64,000 nt of DNA from Chloroflexi bacterium OHK40. Lineage in GTDB: Bacteria; Chloroflexota; Chloroflexia; Chloroflexales; Chloroflexaceae. The stretch lies in the NCBI GenBank assembly GCA_004367505.1, contig SFCB01000064.1:692-64691 (forward strand). Direction: 5' to 3'. The notes beneath the pieces were generated by a model, which saw only the letters and a program-made list of their open reading frames with translations, made no database searches and was not told where the DNA came from. Numbering within the stretch: the first letter of the stretch is position 1; every line of letters starts with the position of its first letter. A program made the position numbers and the translations under genes. Positions 45,352-55,462 of this stretch are shown here, piece after piece.

Positions 45352-48300
45352 GTGAATCACCCTGCCCTGCCGCAGTTCTCGCGCGCGCCCGGCGCGATTG
45401 GCCGGCGTGGCGCCCGCGAGCTACGCCGGCGCCTGCGCGAGAGTGAACGTCGCTACGCCGCTCTGGTGGCCCGGATGGAGCGTCAGGCCGAGGCGGCCAA
45501 CCGGCTTAACGCAGTGCGCGGAGCGATCGGGCGCGAGCACGACGTCGGCGGAATCTGCCGGGTCCTGGTGCGGGTCGGCGTAGATCTCTTCGGGTACGCG
45601 CTCTGCGCCGTCTACCTGCGTGAGGATGGCGAGCTGGCGCTCCAGGCGATTGCGGGTGGCGAGCTCCCGGCCCGCGCACCCGGTGGCCCGATCGACCAGG
45701 TGGCCGCGAGCGGCGAGCCGGTGCTCCTGACCGACTCCAGTGTCTGGCCCGATGCCGTCCGTCTGCGCCCTCGGGCTGCGGCAGCCGTGCCGCTGCTCGT
45801 CGGCGGCCAGACAGCCGGCGTGATCTACGTGGAGCAGGCGCCCGCCGGATCACTGCATGCCGACGAGGTAGAGCTCCTGCTTGGCCTGAGCGACCTGGCC
45901 GCCAAGGCGATTGATCGCACCCGCCTGCGGGGCGATCAGCAACGACTTGTGCGCGAGACGCTGCTGCTCAACCGCCTGCTCAGTGCAATCGCTGGCGCTA
46001 GCGATGTGCAGCAGGCCCTTCAGCAGATCTGCGCCGAGCTCGCCGCGCACTTCAAGGTGCCGCAGGCGCTCTGCGCTTTGCTCACCGAGGACCACAGCGC
46101 CCAGACGGTCGTGGCCGAGCACCGCGAGCCCGGAAGCCCTTCGGTGCTGAGTTCGATCATGCCGGTGCGGGGGAACCTGCTCACCCAGGATCTGCTGGCC
46201 CGCCGGCAACCGGTAGCGATCTCCAACATCCGCCTCGGCCCCCGTCGCGGGGCCGGGCTTGTCTCGTTGCTTGTGGTGCCGGTGCTCATCCACGACACCG
46301 TGATCGGTACGCTCGGGCTCTCCTCGGCCGCCTCCCATACCTTCACCGCCGACGATATCGAACTGGCCCAGCGGGCTGCTACGACGATCGGCCAGGCGCT
46401 CACCAATCTGCGCCTGAAGGAGGCCGCCGAAGCCGCATCGCGGGCCCGCTCGGAGTTTCTGGCCAATATGAGCCACGAGATCCGGACGCCGCTCAATGGC
46501 GTGATCGGTATGACCGGCCTGCTGCTCGGGACGTCCCTCAGCGAGCGCCAGCGCGAGTATGTTGAGACGATCCGCAGCAGCGGTGAGACCCTGCTGGTTG
46601 TGCTCAATGATATCCTCGACTTCTCCAAAATCGAGTCGGGACGCCTGGAGCTCGACCGCCGGCCCTTCGATCTCCAGGAGTGTGTGGAGTCGGCCCTGGG
46701 CATCGTGGTGCCCGCTGCGCGTAGCCGGGGGCTGGACCTGGCCGCCCTGGTGGAGCCCGGGGTGCCCGTGCGCGTCATTGGCGATGATATCCGCCTGCGG
46801 CAGATCCTCGTCAACCTGCTGAGCAATGCTGTGAAGTTCACCGAGGAGGGCGGGGTGACGCTGGTCGTGCGCCCCGCTGAGCCGGCTGGTACGGGTGATG
46901 GTTGGGCTGAGGGTCCGGATGGCCTGCCGATTCTGGCGGGCCATCCAGCGGAGATCGTCATCGAGGTGCGCGATACGGGGATCGGCATTGCCCCCGAGCA
47001 CCTCGGGCGGCTCTTCCAGGCTTTTGTACAGGCCGATGCGAGCACCACCCGCCGCTACGGCGGCACGGGCCTGGGGCTGGCGATCTGCAAGCGGCTCACC
47101 GAGTTGATGGGCGGCACGATCGAGGTGGAGAGCGCGCCGGGTCAGGGGAGCAACTTTCGGGTGCGCATCCCGATCGAGCCACTTGACGACGGGCCTACCC
47201 CGGGCTTCGAGCCCGACCTGGCGGCCCGGCGCGTGCTGATCGCCGAGACCAATCCGGTGACCCGCGCGATGGTGGTGGGCGCCGCTGAGCAGTGGGGAAT
47301 GAGCGTCTACGCCGCCGCCGACGCGGACGAGGCGCGCGCCGTCCTGGACGACGTGGGCGATACGGGCGGCTTCGATCTGGCACTGCTTGACTGGCGCCTC
47401 GCCGAGGCGCTCAGGGGCCAGCGTGAACTCCAGGGAACGCCACTGGTGCTGCTGGCGCCCGTCGGTGAGCCCGATAGCCCGCTCCCGGGCTTTGCCGCCG
47501 TGGTACCTCGGCCCCTCCGGCGTGGCCCCCTGCGCCGGGCGCTGCTCGCGGCGGTGGGCGCGCCCGAGGAGCCTGCCGAGCCCTCCAGCGACACCGTGGA
47601 GCTTCCCGCGCCCGCACCGCACACACTGCGGATCTTGCTCGCCGAGGACAACGCGGTGAACCAGCGGGTGGCCCAGCGCACGCTCGAAAAGCTTGGCTAC
47701 CAGGCCGACCTGGCGGCCAACGGCCTGGAGGTGCTGGCGGCCCTGGCCGCCCGGGAGTACGATATCGTCCTGATGGACGTGCAGATGCCCGAGCTGGACG
47801 GGCTGGAGACGACCCGGCGGATTATCGCCGAGTGGGGGGCGCGGCGGCCACGGATCATCGCCATGACGGCCAATGCCATGCAGGGCGACCGCGAGCGCGC
47901 CTCGCGGCCGGCATGGACGACTATATCAGCAAGCCCGTGCGAGCCGATGAACTGGCCGCCGCGCTGGAGCGGTGCGCGCATGCTCCGACCACGCCGGAGC
48001 CATCCGGTTCTTCCGCGCTGATCGACCCTGACGCGCTCCGACGGTTGCAGGACAGCCTTGGCGGCGGCCAGCCGGCCGTGGTGCGCGAATTGATTGAGCT
48101 GTTCCTTGCCGAGGCCCCGGCGCTCCTCGATGAGCTGGGCGCGGCAACCATGGGTGGTGACGCCGCAAGGGTGGAGCGCGCGGCCCACACGCTCAAGTCG
48201 AACGCCCGGCTCGTGGGGGCCAGCGCGCTTGCGGCGGCCTGCCAGGAACTGGAGTGGGCGGCCCGCCAGGGCGATCTGAGCGAGGCGCCGGCGCACCACG

Positions 48301-48386
48301 ACGCGCTCACGGCACTCTACGACGAGACGGCGGTGCTGCTACGGGAGTTCGCGGGCAGGCTGCTTGGCGCGGCAATCAGCGTGTAG
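45352..48386 (+). pseudogene. GAF-GAF hybrid histidine kinase with two receiver-like modules and a C-terminal Hpt, interrupted by a 1-nt frameshift near 47896-47901
   Basis: The GTG at 45352 follows AGGAG. H-box [19 protein letters not shown]; G-box [19 protein letters not shown]; REC domain [11 protein letters not shown]...[12 protein letters not shown]...[15 protein letters not shown]. The expected continuation (R)[14 protein letters not shown]...HTLKSNA (Hpt) is in the frame of ORF 47832..48386. Confidence 0.75.
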
Positions 48387-48553
48387 CTGTGGCCCGGGTG
48401 AGATGAGCCGCCAACCGGCGCGCTGGTGGTTGGCCACGGCGATGGCGTGGGAGGGCAGGGCGCCCACCGGCCTGATGTGAGGGCAGCTTCGAGGGCTGTC
48501 CTGATGCCTCGCTCGGGCGCCAGCGTTCGATCGGGCGCGATCAGCGTGGCGGA

Positions 48554-49030
48554 TTAGAAGCTCCGGGCGGCCAGCGTGCGCCGGATCTGGTCGAGGTGGG
48601 CTTCACCGTGCGCAGCGTACACCCGCAAGATGTGGGCGAGGGTCATCGGGCCGTTTTCGGGGTGGTAACCGGAGCGTTCCCAGGCCGACTCAGGCAGCGC
48701 CTCCCAGAAGCGCACCCAGCGGGCGTGCAGACCGCGCAGGATCGCCAGCGAGACGCCAACCTCGGCATCACGGCCGTCCGGCAGGCTGGCCCAGGCGTCC
48801 TGGTCATAGGGTTTGAGCGTCGGGCGCTCCTCGGTAAGGATCAGCTTGCAGCGGATATAGCTCGTGGCATGCGAGTCGACCAGATGGTGAACGTTCTGGG
48901 CCACGGTCCACTCACCGGCCAGATAGGGTGTCGTGAGCTCCTCGGGGCCGAGGGGCGCCACCAGGGCCTCGAGCTGGCCGGGCAGAGCGGCGATGGCAGC
49001 GATCCAGCGGGCGCGGGCGTTGATGGACAT
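48554..49030 (-). CDS. DinB/YfiT-family metal-dependent protein
   Basis: 158 aa with a spaced His triad (NVHHLVDSH, AHGEAHLDQI), characteristic of the DinB_2 four-helix bundle family. Confidence 0.7.
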   Translation of the reverse strand: MSINARARWIAAIAALPGQLEALVAPLGPEELTTPYLAGEWTVAQNVHHLVDSHATSYIRCKLILTEERPTLKPYDQDAWASLPDGRDAEVGVSLAILRGLHARWVRFWEALPESAWERSGYHPENGPMTLAHILRVYAAHGEAHLDQIRRTLAARSF

Positions 49031-49041
49031 CGCGTGAACTC

Positions 49042-50442
49042 CTAGGCCCGCCCTGGTGCCACGGCGACCTGCTCCTCAGCGGCGCGGGGCTTGAGGGCCA
49101 GGCAGAGCGGCAGCATGGCGAGCATCACGGCGGCGGCCACCAGGTACGCGGCGGCGAGGCCGGGCATCCCACCGCCACGGGCATCGGCTACGGCGCCGAG
49201 CGCGGCAACCACCAGCAGGTTCCCCACGCTAATGCCGATGTTGACGAGCCCCTGGGCAGCGCCGCGCTGGCCCGGCTCTACCTCGTTGAGCACGATCGCC
49301 CGGAGGGTGCCGCCGACCACGACCCCGACCCCGAAGCCGACGAGGATGCTGGCCGGGAGGAAGATCAGCAGGCCACTGGCACTAAGCGCCAGGAGCGCGG
49401 CGCCGGCCGCGAGCACGGTGAAGCCGCAGCTCAGCACCAGGCGCGAGCCGAGCTGGTTCAGCAGACGGCCGGCGAGCACCGAGGCGCCCGACGAGGCGAG
49501 CACGAGGGGGATGAGTAACAGCCCGGCCTGTTCGGGGGCCACGCCGAGGGCCGCCTCGGCCACCGAGGCGATAAAGATCACGCTGCCCATGCCGAAGCCG
49601 GCGCCCACGCAGAGGATGTAGGTGAGCCGCAGCTGGCGCGTGGCGAAGAGGCTCAGTGGCACCACGGGCCGCTCGGCGCGCCGCTCGACCACCAGGAACA
49701 GCGGCAGGCAGAGTGCCGCCACAGCGAGCAGTGCGGGCCACACCGCGCGGCCGAGGGCGCTATCGAGCACGCGGTTGATGCCCAGCGTGAGGGTTGTGAG
49801 CATGACGGCAAGCAACAGCACACCCGGCAGATCGAGCGGGGCGAGCGGGCCAGTAACCTGAGCGGAGGGAAGGTTGCGCGCACCGAGCCAGAGCACCACT
49901 GCGGCCACCGGCAGGTTGATCAGGAAGATCCACTGCCAGCTCAGCACGAGCAGGATCAGCGAGGCGAGCAGCGGGCCGAGCAAGAAGGCCATGCCGAAGG
50001 TCGCGCCGATCAGGCCGAGGGCCTTACCGCGCTCTGCTGGCGGGAAGAAATCGCCCACAACCGCGCTGGCCGTAGGTGTCACCCCGCCGGCGCTAAACCC
50101 CTGGATCGCCCGGCCCACCAGGAGCCACCCGAAGCCTGGCGCGAGGGCGATCAACAGTGAGCCGAGGCCGAACCCGGCCACGCAGAGCAGATAGACTGGC
50201 CGACGGCCGTAGCGGTCGCTCAGGCTTGCCATCAGCGCCGTGCTGCTGAGCGAGGCCAGGCTGAAGACGATCGTCACCATCCCGACCAGGCTGTTGTCCA
50301 CCCCGAAGGCCTGGCGCAGCGCGGGAACGGCGGGCGCGATCACGGCGGCGTCGAGGGCGGCCATGAACACGCCGATGAAGAGAACGGAGAGGATGCGGCG
50401 CCGGGACGCGGCATCGTCCGGGCCACGGCCAGACTGGATCAT
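49042..50442 (-). CDS. MFS transporter (14-TMS DHA2-like)
   Basis: Hydrophobic multi-pass profile and MFS motif A-like LSDRYGRRPVY. The start was chosen at the second in-frame ATG (50442), which is preceded by GGAGG; the ORF-track start is 50454. Confidence 0.85.
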   Translation of the reverse strand: MIQSGRGPDDAASRRRILSVLFIGVFMAALDAAVIAPAVPALRQAFGVDNSLVGMVTIVFSLASLSSTALMASLSDRYGRRPVYLLCVAGFGLGSLLIALAPGFGWLLVGRAIQGFSAGGVTPTASAVVGDFFPPAERGKALGLIGATFGMAFLLGPLLASLILLVLSWQWIFLINLPVAAVVLWLGARNLPSAQVTGPLAPLDLPGVLLLAVMLTTLTLGINRVLDSALGRAVWPALLAVAALCLPLFLVVERRAERPVVPLSLFATRQLRLTYILCVGAGFGMGSVIFIASVAEAALGVAPEQAGLLLIPLVLASSGASVLAGRLLNQLGSRLVLSCGFTVLAAGAALLALSASGLLIFLPASILVGFGVGVVVGGTLRAIVLNEVEPGQRGAAQGLVNIGISVGNLLVVAALGAVADARGGGMPGLAAAYLVAAAVMLAMLPLCLALKPRAAEEQVAVAPGRA

Positions 50443-50471
50443 CGAAGCCTCCATCGCAAGCGAGCGGGCCC

Positions 50472-50480
50472 ATTATACCA
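50472..50480 (-). promoter_or_regulatory. Extended -10 element (TGGTATAAT on the minus strand) for the MFS gene
   Basis: Plus strand ATTATACCA at 50472-50480, about 20-30 nt upstream of the MFS start codon. Confidence 0.45.
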
Positions 50481-50551
50481 CCGCTGATGGCGGTGCCCCA
50501 TGGCTTGTCCAGCCTCCCGTCGCGGAACGGGCGGGGCATCTCCAACACCTG

Positions 50552-50560
50552 TGGTATGAT
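50552..50560 (+). promoter_or_regulatory. Extended -10 element TGGTATGAT for valS
   Basis: TGGTATGAT at 50552-50560. It is divergent from the MFS promoter and about 100 nt upstream of the valS ATG. Confidence 0.45.
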
Positions 50561-50571
50561 TGGGGAAGGAG

Positions 50572-50591
50572 GGGCGCAGCATGCTGCGCCC
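50572..50591 (+). promoter_or_regulatory. Perfect 20-nt palindrome at the 5' end of the valS leader
   Basis: GGGCGCAGCATGCTGCGCCC followed by GTGCGTTTG. It could form an 8-bp hairpin with a CATG loop, or act as a dimeric protein-binding site. Confidence 0.4.
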
Positions 50592-50661
50592 GTGCGTTTG
50601 GGCCAGCCGCAGCCGTGTCACCGCCACCGGAGGCGCGCATTGCCTGTTCCCGAGGACCGTG

Positions 50662-53406
50662 ATGAGCAACCCATCCCCCCCGCAGCGGCCGGCCGAGATG
50701 GCCAGGGCCTACGAGCATCAGAAGGTTGAGCAGCGCCTCTATGCCTGGTGGGAGCGCTCAGGCTTCTTTGCCCCGCGCGATGACGCCCCGCTACCACCGT
50801 TCGTGATCGCCATCCCGCCGCCCAACGTCACGGGCGAGCTGCACCTCGGCCACGCTATGTTCGTGACGATCGAGGATCTGATGATCCGCTGGCGGCGCAT
50901 GCAGGGCTACCGCACGCTCTGGGTGCCCGGCACGGACCACGCGGGTATCGCGACCCAGAGCCAGGTGGAGCGGCTGCTGCGCAGTGAGGGCACCAGCCGC
51001 CAGGAGGTGGGCCGCGAGGAGTTCCTGCGCCGCACCTGGGAGTGGAAGGCGAAGTACGGCGGCGAGATCCAGAACCAGTTACGCCGCCTCGGCGCCAGCT
51101 GCGACTGGTCGCGCGAGCGCTTCACCCTCGATGAGGGGCTCTCCCGCGCCGTCCACACGGCTTTCAAGCGCCTCTATGACGACGGCCTGATCTATCGGGG
51201 CCTCTACCTCGTCAACTGGTCGCCCGCTCTCGGCACCGCCGTGAGCGATCTGGAGGTGGAGTACGAGACCCGCAACGTCGCGATCTATTATGTGCGCTAC
51301 CCGGTAGTGGGGGCGGCAGGGGTCGGCGACACTGCGCGGCCCTTTGGCCACGCCTGGGGCAGCGGCCGGTGGGCTGAAGGGGTGACGGAGTGGATCACGG
51401 TGGCGACCACCCGTCCCGAGACGATTCTGGGCGATACGGCGGTGGCGGTGGCCCCCGGCGACGAGCGCTTCGCCGCCCTGGTGGGTCGCCAGGCAGTATT
51501 GCCGGCCATCGGTCGCGCGATTCCGATCATCGCCGATGAGTATGTTGACCCGGCGTTCGGCTCCGGCGCCGTGAAGATCACCCCCGCCCACGACAAGAAT
51601 GACTACGAGGTGGGCAAGCGCCACGGTCTGCCGCTGATCAATATTCTCAACAAGGACGCCACGCTGAATGCCGAGGGCGGCCCGTATGCCGGCATGGACC
51701 GCTTTGAGGCGCGCAAGGCCATCCTCGCCGACCTCGAGCGCGAGGGGCTGCTGGTGAAGAGTGAGCCCCACACCATGAGCGTGGGGATCAGCCAGCGCGG
51801 CGGCGAGGTGATCGAGCCGCTGCTCTCCGAGCAGTGGTTCGTGCGTACGCGGCCCCTGGCCGACATGGCCCTGGCCGCCGTGCGCGAGGGCCGCACCCGG
51901 ATCATCCCCGAGCGCTTCGAGAAGGTCTACTTTCACTGGCTCGAGCACATCGAAGACTGGTGCATCTCCCGGCAACTCTGGTGGGGGCACCGCATCCCCG
52001 TCTGGTATCTGCCCGATGGCAGCTTCGTGGTGCCCGGCCCCGACGAAGAGCCGCCCGCCGATGCCATCCAGGACCCCGATGTGCTCGATACCTGGTTCAG
52101 CTCCGGCCTCTGGCCCTTCTCGACCCTCGGCTGGCCCGATCAGACGGAGGACCTGGCGACCTACTACCCGACCAGTGTGATGGAGACGGGCTACGATATC
52201 CTCTTCTTCTGGGTGGCGCGCATGATGATAATGGGCTGCTACCTCACCGGCGAGCCGCCCTTCCACACCGTCTACCTTCACGGCCTGGTGCGCGATGAGC
52301 ACGGCCGCAAGATGTCCAAGAGCTATGGCAATGTGGTGAACCCGCTGGAGGTGATGGAGGCCCAGGGTACCGATGCGCTGCGCTTCACCCTGGCGACCAG
52401 CGGAACGCCCGGGCAGGACCTGAACCTGAACCCGCAGCGGATCGAGGCGGCGCGGAACTTCGCGAATAAGCTCTGGAACATCACCCGCTTCGTGCTCGGG
52501 AAGCTCGACGACGAGCGCCCCTCGGCCTTTGATCTCGCCCCGGCGGCGTTGAGCCTGGCCGACCGCTGGATCCTCTCGCGCTACAGCCGTCTGGTGGCTG
52601 AGGTGGGCCGCCTGATGGAGGGCTACAACTTCGGCGAGGCTGGCCGGCAGATCCAGGAGTTCCTCTGGGGCGATTTTGCCGACTGGTACGTTGAGGCGGC
52701 CAAGGTGCAGCTCGAGCAGGAGGGCGAGTCCCGGCAGGCTAGCCGGGCGGTGCTCTACACCGTGCTCGAAGGCAGCCTGCGCCTGCTCCATCCCTTCATG
52801 CCCTACGTGACGGAGGAGCTCTGGCAGTATCTCACCGGCGATGGCCAGACGGTGAGCCATTACCCCGAGGCGCCGCGCACGATTATGCTGGCGGCCTACC
52901 CCGGGGAGGAGGCGCGCGCGGTGGACGAGGCCGCCGAGCGTGACTGGGAGCTCACCCGCGAGTTGATCGTGGCCATCCGCAATGCTCGCAGCGAGTACAA
53001 GGTCGAGGCGGCGAAGTGGGTGACGGCCACGATTGCGGGCGGCCCGAAGACGGCCATGCTGCGGGCGCAAGCCCTGTTGATCGCCCGGCTCGGTCGCGTG
53101 CGGGCCGACGAGCTCGTGATCGTTGAGGCGCTGACGGAGAAGCCTCGCCAGGCGGCCGCGATCGTGATCGGTGAGGTGGAGTGCTATCTGCCGCTCGCTG
53201 GCATGATCGATCTGGAGGCCGAGCGGGCCCGCGTGGCGAAGGAGCTCGAGATCGCCGAGGCCGACGTGGCTCGCCGCGAGGCCAAACTCGCCAACGAGAG
53301 CTTCGTTGCCCGGGCGCCCGCGAGCGTGGTGCAGCGTGAGCGGGAGGGCCTGGAGACGGCCCGCGCCACCGTGGAGCGACTACGCGCGCGCCTGGCCGAA
53401 CTCTGA
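50662..53406 (+). CDS. valS: Valine--tRNA ligase
   Basis: HIGH region PPPNVTGELHLGHA, KMSKS (GRKMSKSYGN), an editing-domain insertion and a C-terminal coiled coil. The ATG at 50662 gives 914 aa. Confidence 0.95.
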   Translation: MSNPSPPQRPAEMARAYEHQKVEQRLYAWWERSGFFAPRDDAPLPPFVIAIPPPNVTGELHLGHAMFVTIEDLMIRWRRMQGYRTLWVPGTDHAGIATQSQVERLLRSEGTSRQEVGREEFLRRTWEWKAKYGGEIQNQLRRLGASCDWSRERFTLDEGLSRAVHTAFKRLYDDGLIYRGLYLVNWSPALGTAVSDLEVEYETRNVAIYYVRYPVVGAAGVGDTARPFGHAWGSGRWAEGVTEWITVATTRPETILGDTAVAVAPGDERFAALVGRQAVLPAIGRAIPIIADEYVDPAFGSGAVKITPAHDKNDYEVGKRHGLPLINILNKDATLNAEGGPYAGMDRFEARKAILADLEREGLLVKSEPHTMSVGISQRGGEVIEPLLSEQWFVRTRPLADMALAAVREGRTRIIPERFEKVYFHWLEHIEDWCISRQLWWGHRIPVWYLPDGSFVVPGPDEEPPADAIQDPDVLDTWFSSGLWPFSTLGWPDQTEDLATYYPTSVMETGYDILFFWVARMMIMGCYLTGEPPFHTVYLHGLVRDEHGRKMSKSYGNVVNPLEVMEAQGTDALRFTLATSGTPGQDLNLNPQRIEAARNFANKLWNITRFVLGKLDDERPSAFDLAPAALSLADRWILSRYSRLVAEVGRLMEGYNFGEAGRQIQEFLWGDFADWYVEAAKVQLEQEGESRQASRAVLYTVLEGSLRLLHPFMPYVTEELWQYLTGDGQTVSHYPEAPRTIMLAAYPGEEARAVDEAAERDWELTRELIVAIRNARSEYKVEAAKWVTATIAGGPKTAMLRAQALLIARLGRVRADELVIVEALTEKPRQAAAIVIGEVECYLPLAGMIDLEAERARVAKELEIAEADVARREAKLANESFVARAPASVVQREREGLETARATVERLRARLAEL

Positions 53407-53446
53407 GCCTGGCAGGTCACCAGGGTGATGTCGCGGGGTTGCGATC

Positions 53447-53468
53447 CCTCAGCGCGGCTTCGCTGAGG
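53447..53468 (+). terminator. Candidate intrinsic terminator after valS
   Basis: CCTCAGCG-cggctt-CGCTGAGG stem-loop 40 nt after the stop, followed by CGTCTT (a weak U-tract). Confidence 0.4.
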
Positions 53469-53601
53469 CGTCTTGACCTCGCACGCTCTGGCGCCGGGGC
53501 TACGTACCCTGGTTGCGTAGTTCTCCCGATGCTCGTCGCCGCCGCTCCTGCTACACTGGCGCCAGATACGTGCGAGGGCCAGTAACCAGGGAGCAGCGGC
53601 G

Positions 53602-53811
53602 ATGAACGTTCACATGAACCCCGGCGGGTATGAGCATCAGGCGTTGCGGCACGCGGACCTGATGGCTGAGGGCGAGCTTGAGCGGCAACTGCGGGCGGCT
53701 CGGGCTAGCCAGCCGAGCTCCGTCGTCAGGGTTCGCACCGCTGTTGGCCGCTGGCTGATCAGCCTCGGCGAGCGGCTGGCGCGCTCCAGCGCGGCGACGG
53801 TTCGGGCCTAG
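53602..53811 (+). CDS. Small hypothetical protein (69 aa)
   Basis: The ATG is preceded by GGGAG about 8 nt upstream. Third codon positions are mostly G/C, as in the neighbouring genes. I recognise no motif. Confidence 0.35.
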   Translation: MNVHMNPGGYEHQALRHADLMAEGELERQLRAARASQPSSVVRVRTAVGRWLISLGERLARSSAATVRA

Positions 53812-53823
53812 GGGCGGAGCGGC

Positions 53824-55092
53824 TCAGCGGGCACGCAGCGCAACGAGTGTGATATCGTCGGCCTGGGGGGCAGCACCCTGATGGGCGGCGAGGGTGGCGA
53901 GCAGTTCGTCGCAGAGGGCTTCGGCGCTGCTGGCGTGGCTGCCGTAGGCGAGTTCGCGCAAGCGCTCGTGGCCGAGCAGCGCGTGATCCACACCCCGGGA
54001 CTCGGTCACGCCATCGCTGAAGAGCAGGAGCGTCGCGCCGGGGGGGAGCGTGAGCGTGGCGCTCTCCAGGATGGGCTCCGGGAAGAGGCCCACGGGAATG
54101 GCGCGGCCGCTGGGCACGGGGATGGGGGTGCCATCGGCGGCCCAGGCGAGCGGGTATTCGTGGCCGGCGCGCACGTAGCTGAAGGTGCGGGCCACCGGGT
54201 CGAGCACGCCGTAGATCACCGTCACGAAGAGCCCATCGGCGCCCCGGCTGCCGAGATGGCGGTTGAGGGCGCGGAGGGCCTGTTCGGGGCTGGCGCTGCG
54301 GCCAGCCTCGGCGCGCAGTAAGCTCGATGTGAGGGCCATGTAGAGGGCGGCCGGCACGCCCTTCCCGCACACATCGCCGACGACAACGCCCAGCCGGCCG
54401 CCGCCGAGCTCGAAGAGATCGTAGAAATCGCCGCCTACCTCCTGGGCGGGGATCATGCGTGCCCCGAGCGTATAGCCAGGCAGATTGGGCAGGCGCTGGG
54501 GGAGCATGCGCTGCTGGATGTCGCGGGCGAGACGCAACTCGCGGCGGAGGGTCTCCTGGGCGATAATCTGGGCCTGGGCTTGCTGCAACTCGGCGTAGGC
54601 GCGGGCGAGGCGCTCGTTCTTCTCGTGCAGGTCACGGATAGTATGGTCGTGGGCGTCGCGCAGACGGCGGCTCTGCACCCGGAGCATCTGGTGGGCGAGA
54701 GCGGGCCTGCTGGCCATGAGCGCCTCGAAGTCGTCGCGGGTAAGCTCGAGCAGGCGGGTAGGGGCGGCGGTACGAGCACTGGCGGTGCGTCGACCGTCAC
54801 CGGTGAGCAGGCTCATCTCGCCGATAAACTCGCCCTGGCCGCGCACGTTTACGAGGCGCTCGTCGGGGGTACCGAGCGACTTGATAATCGCGATCGAACC
54901 CTCAAGAATAACGAACAGGCGGTCGCCGGCATCTCCCTCGATAAAGAGCAAGGTGCCGACGGGATAGGTGAGCAGCCGCATCGATGCGGCGAGCCGGTGG
55001 ATCTCGTCGAGCGGCAACTCGGCAAAGAGCGGCACCTGGCGGAGCAGGGCTTCAAGCTGCTCAGAAGGAAGCAATAGCTTTGTCGTAGTCAC
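53824..55092 (-). CDS. Cyclic-nucleotide-binding domain + PP2C/SpoIIE-type serine phosphatase
   Basis: cNMP domain FAELPLDEIHRLA...FIEGDAGDRLFVILEGSIAI...GEFIGEMSLL...RTASARTA; a coiled-coil linker; the SpoIIE block VGGDFYDLF...VVVGDVCGKGVPAALYMA...FSDGVTE. Confidence 0.88.
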   Translation of the reverse strand: MTTTKLLLPSEQLEALLRQVPLFAELPLDEIHRLAASMRLLTYPVGTLLFIEGDAGDRLFVILEGSIAIIKSLGTPDERLVNVRGQGEFIGEMSLLTGDGRRTASARTAAPTRLLELTRDDFEALMASRPALAHQMLRVQSRRLRDAHDHTIRDLHEKNERLARAYAELQQAQAQIIAQETLRRELRLARDIQQRMLPQRLPNLPGYTLGARMIPAQEVGGDFYDLFELGGGRLGVVVGDVCGKGVPAALYMALTSSLLRAEAGRSASPEQALRALNRHLGSRGADGLFVTVIYGVLDPVARTFSYVRAGHEYPLAWAADGTPIPVPSGRAIPVGLFPEPILESATLTLPPGATLLLFSDGVTESRGVDHALLGHERLRELAYGSHASSAEALCDELLATLAAHQGAAPQADDITLVALRAR

Positions 55093-55453
55093 GGTGGATT
55101 TCGAGGAACATATCGTAGCCGGCGACCTTCAGCGCCTCGAGTGCGTGGGCGGAGGGCTTCAACAGCTTGAGGTGGGGTGAGGTGAAGGTACCGGCGCTGA
55201 TCCCCGCGTGGACGGCCGCATCGCTCTCTTCGGGGGCGCTGGTGCGCAGCAGGGTGTAGATGTAGTGCAGCGCCCGCAGGCCATAGGTGGCGATGTACGG
55301 CACTTCGCTGAGATCGAGCAGAATATTGCGGGCGCCAGCATCGTAGGCGGCTCGGGCCTGTTGCTCAAGCTCAACGTTGGACGTAATCGGCCCGCGGATA
55401 CGGAAGACGGTGACGGGAACGCGGCCCTGGGCCTGGGCGACGAAGATGTCCAC
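55061..55453 (-). CDS. STAS-domain anti-sigma-factor antagonist paralog 2
   Basis: RGPITSNVELEQQ...NILLDLSEVPYIATYGLRAL. The phosphorylatable position reads Thr-Tyr rather than Ser-Ser. It has an internal insertion of about 25 aa relative to SpoIIAA. Confidence 0.7.
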   Translation of the reverse strand: MDIFVAQAQGRVPVTVFRIRGPITSNVELEQQARAAYDAGARNILLDLSEVPYIATYGLRALHYIYTLLRTSAPEESDAAVHAGISAGTFTSPHLKLLKPSAHALEALKVAGYDMFLEIHRDYDKAIASF

Positions 55454-55462
55454 GGCTCCCTC

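Noticed and set aside
47832-47912. A separate small Hpt-only gene starting at 47832.
   Set aside because: Its first 27 or so codons overlap the receiver domain in another frame and are non-homologous ([22 protein letters not shown]). From [14 protein letters not shown] onward it is the missing end of that receiver, so a frameshift is the simpler explanation.
50455-50661. T-box riboswitch upstream of valS. GGTGGTA is present on the minus strand at about 50475.
   Set aside because: The GGTGGTA is part of the minus-strand TGGTATAAT promoter of the MFS gene, and it is on the wrong strand for valS. No specifier loop or T-box consensus is present on the plus strand.
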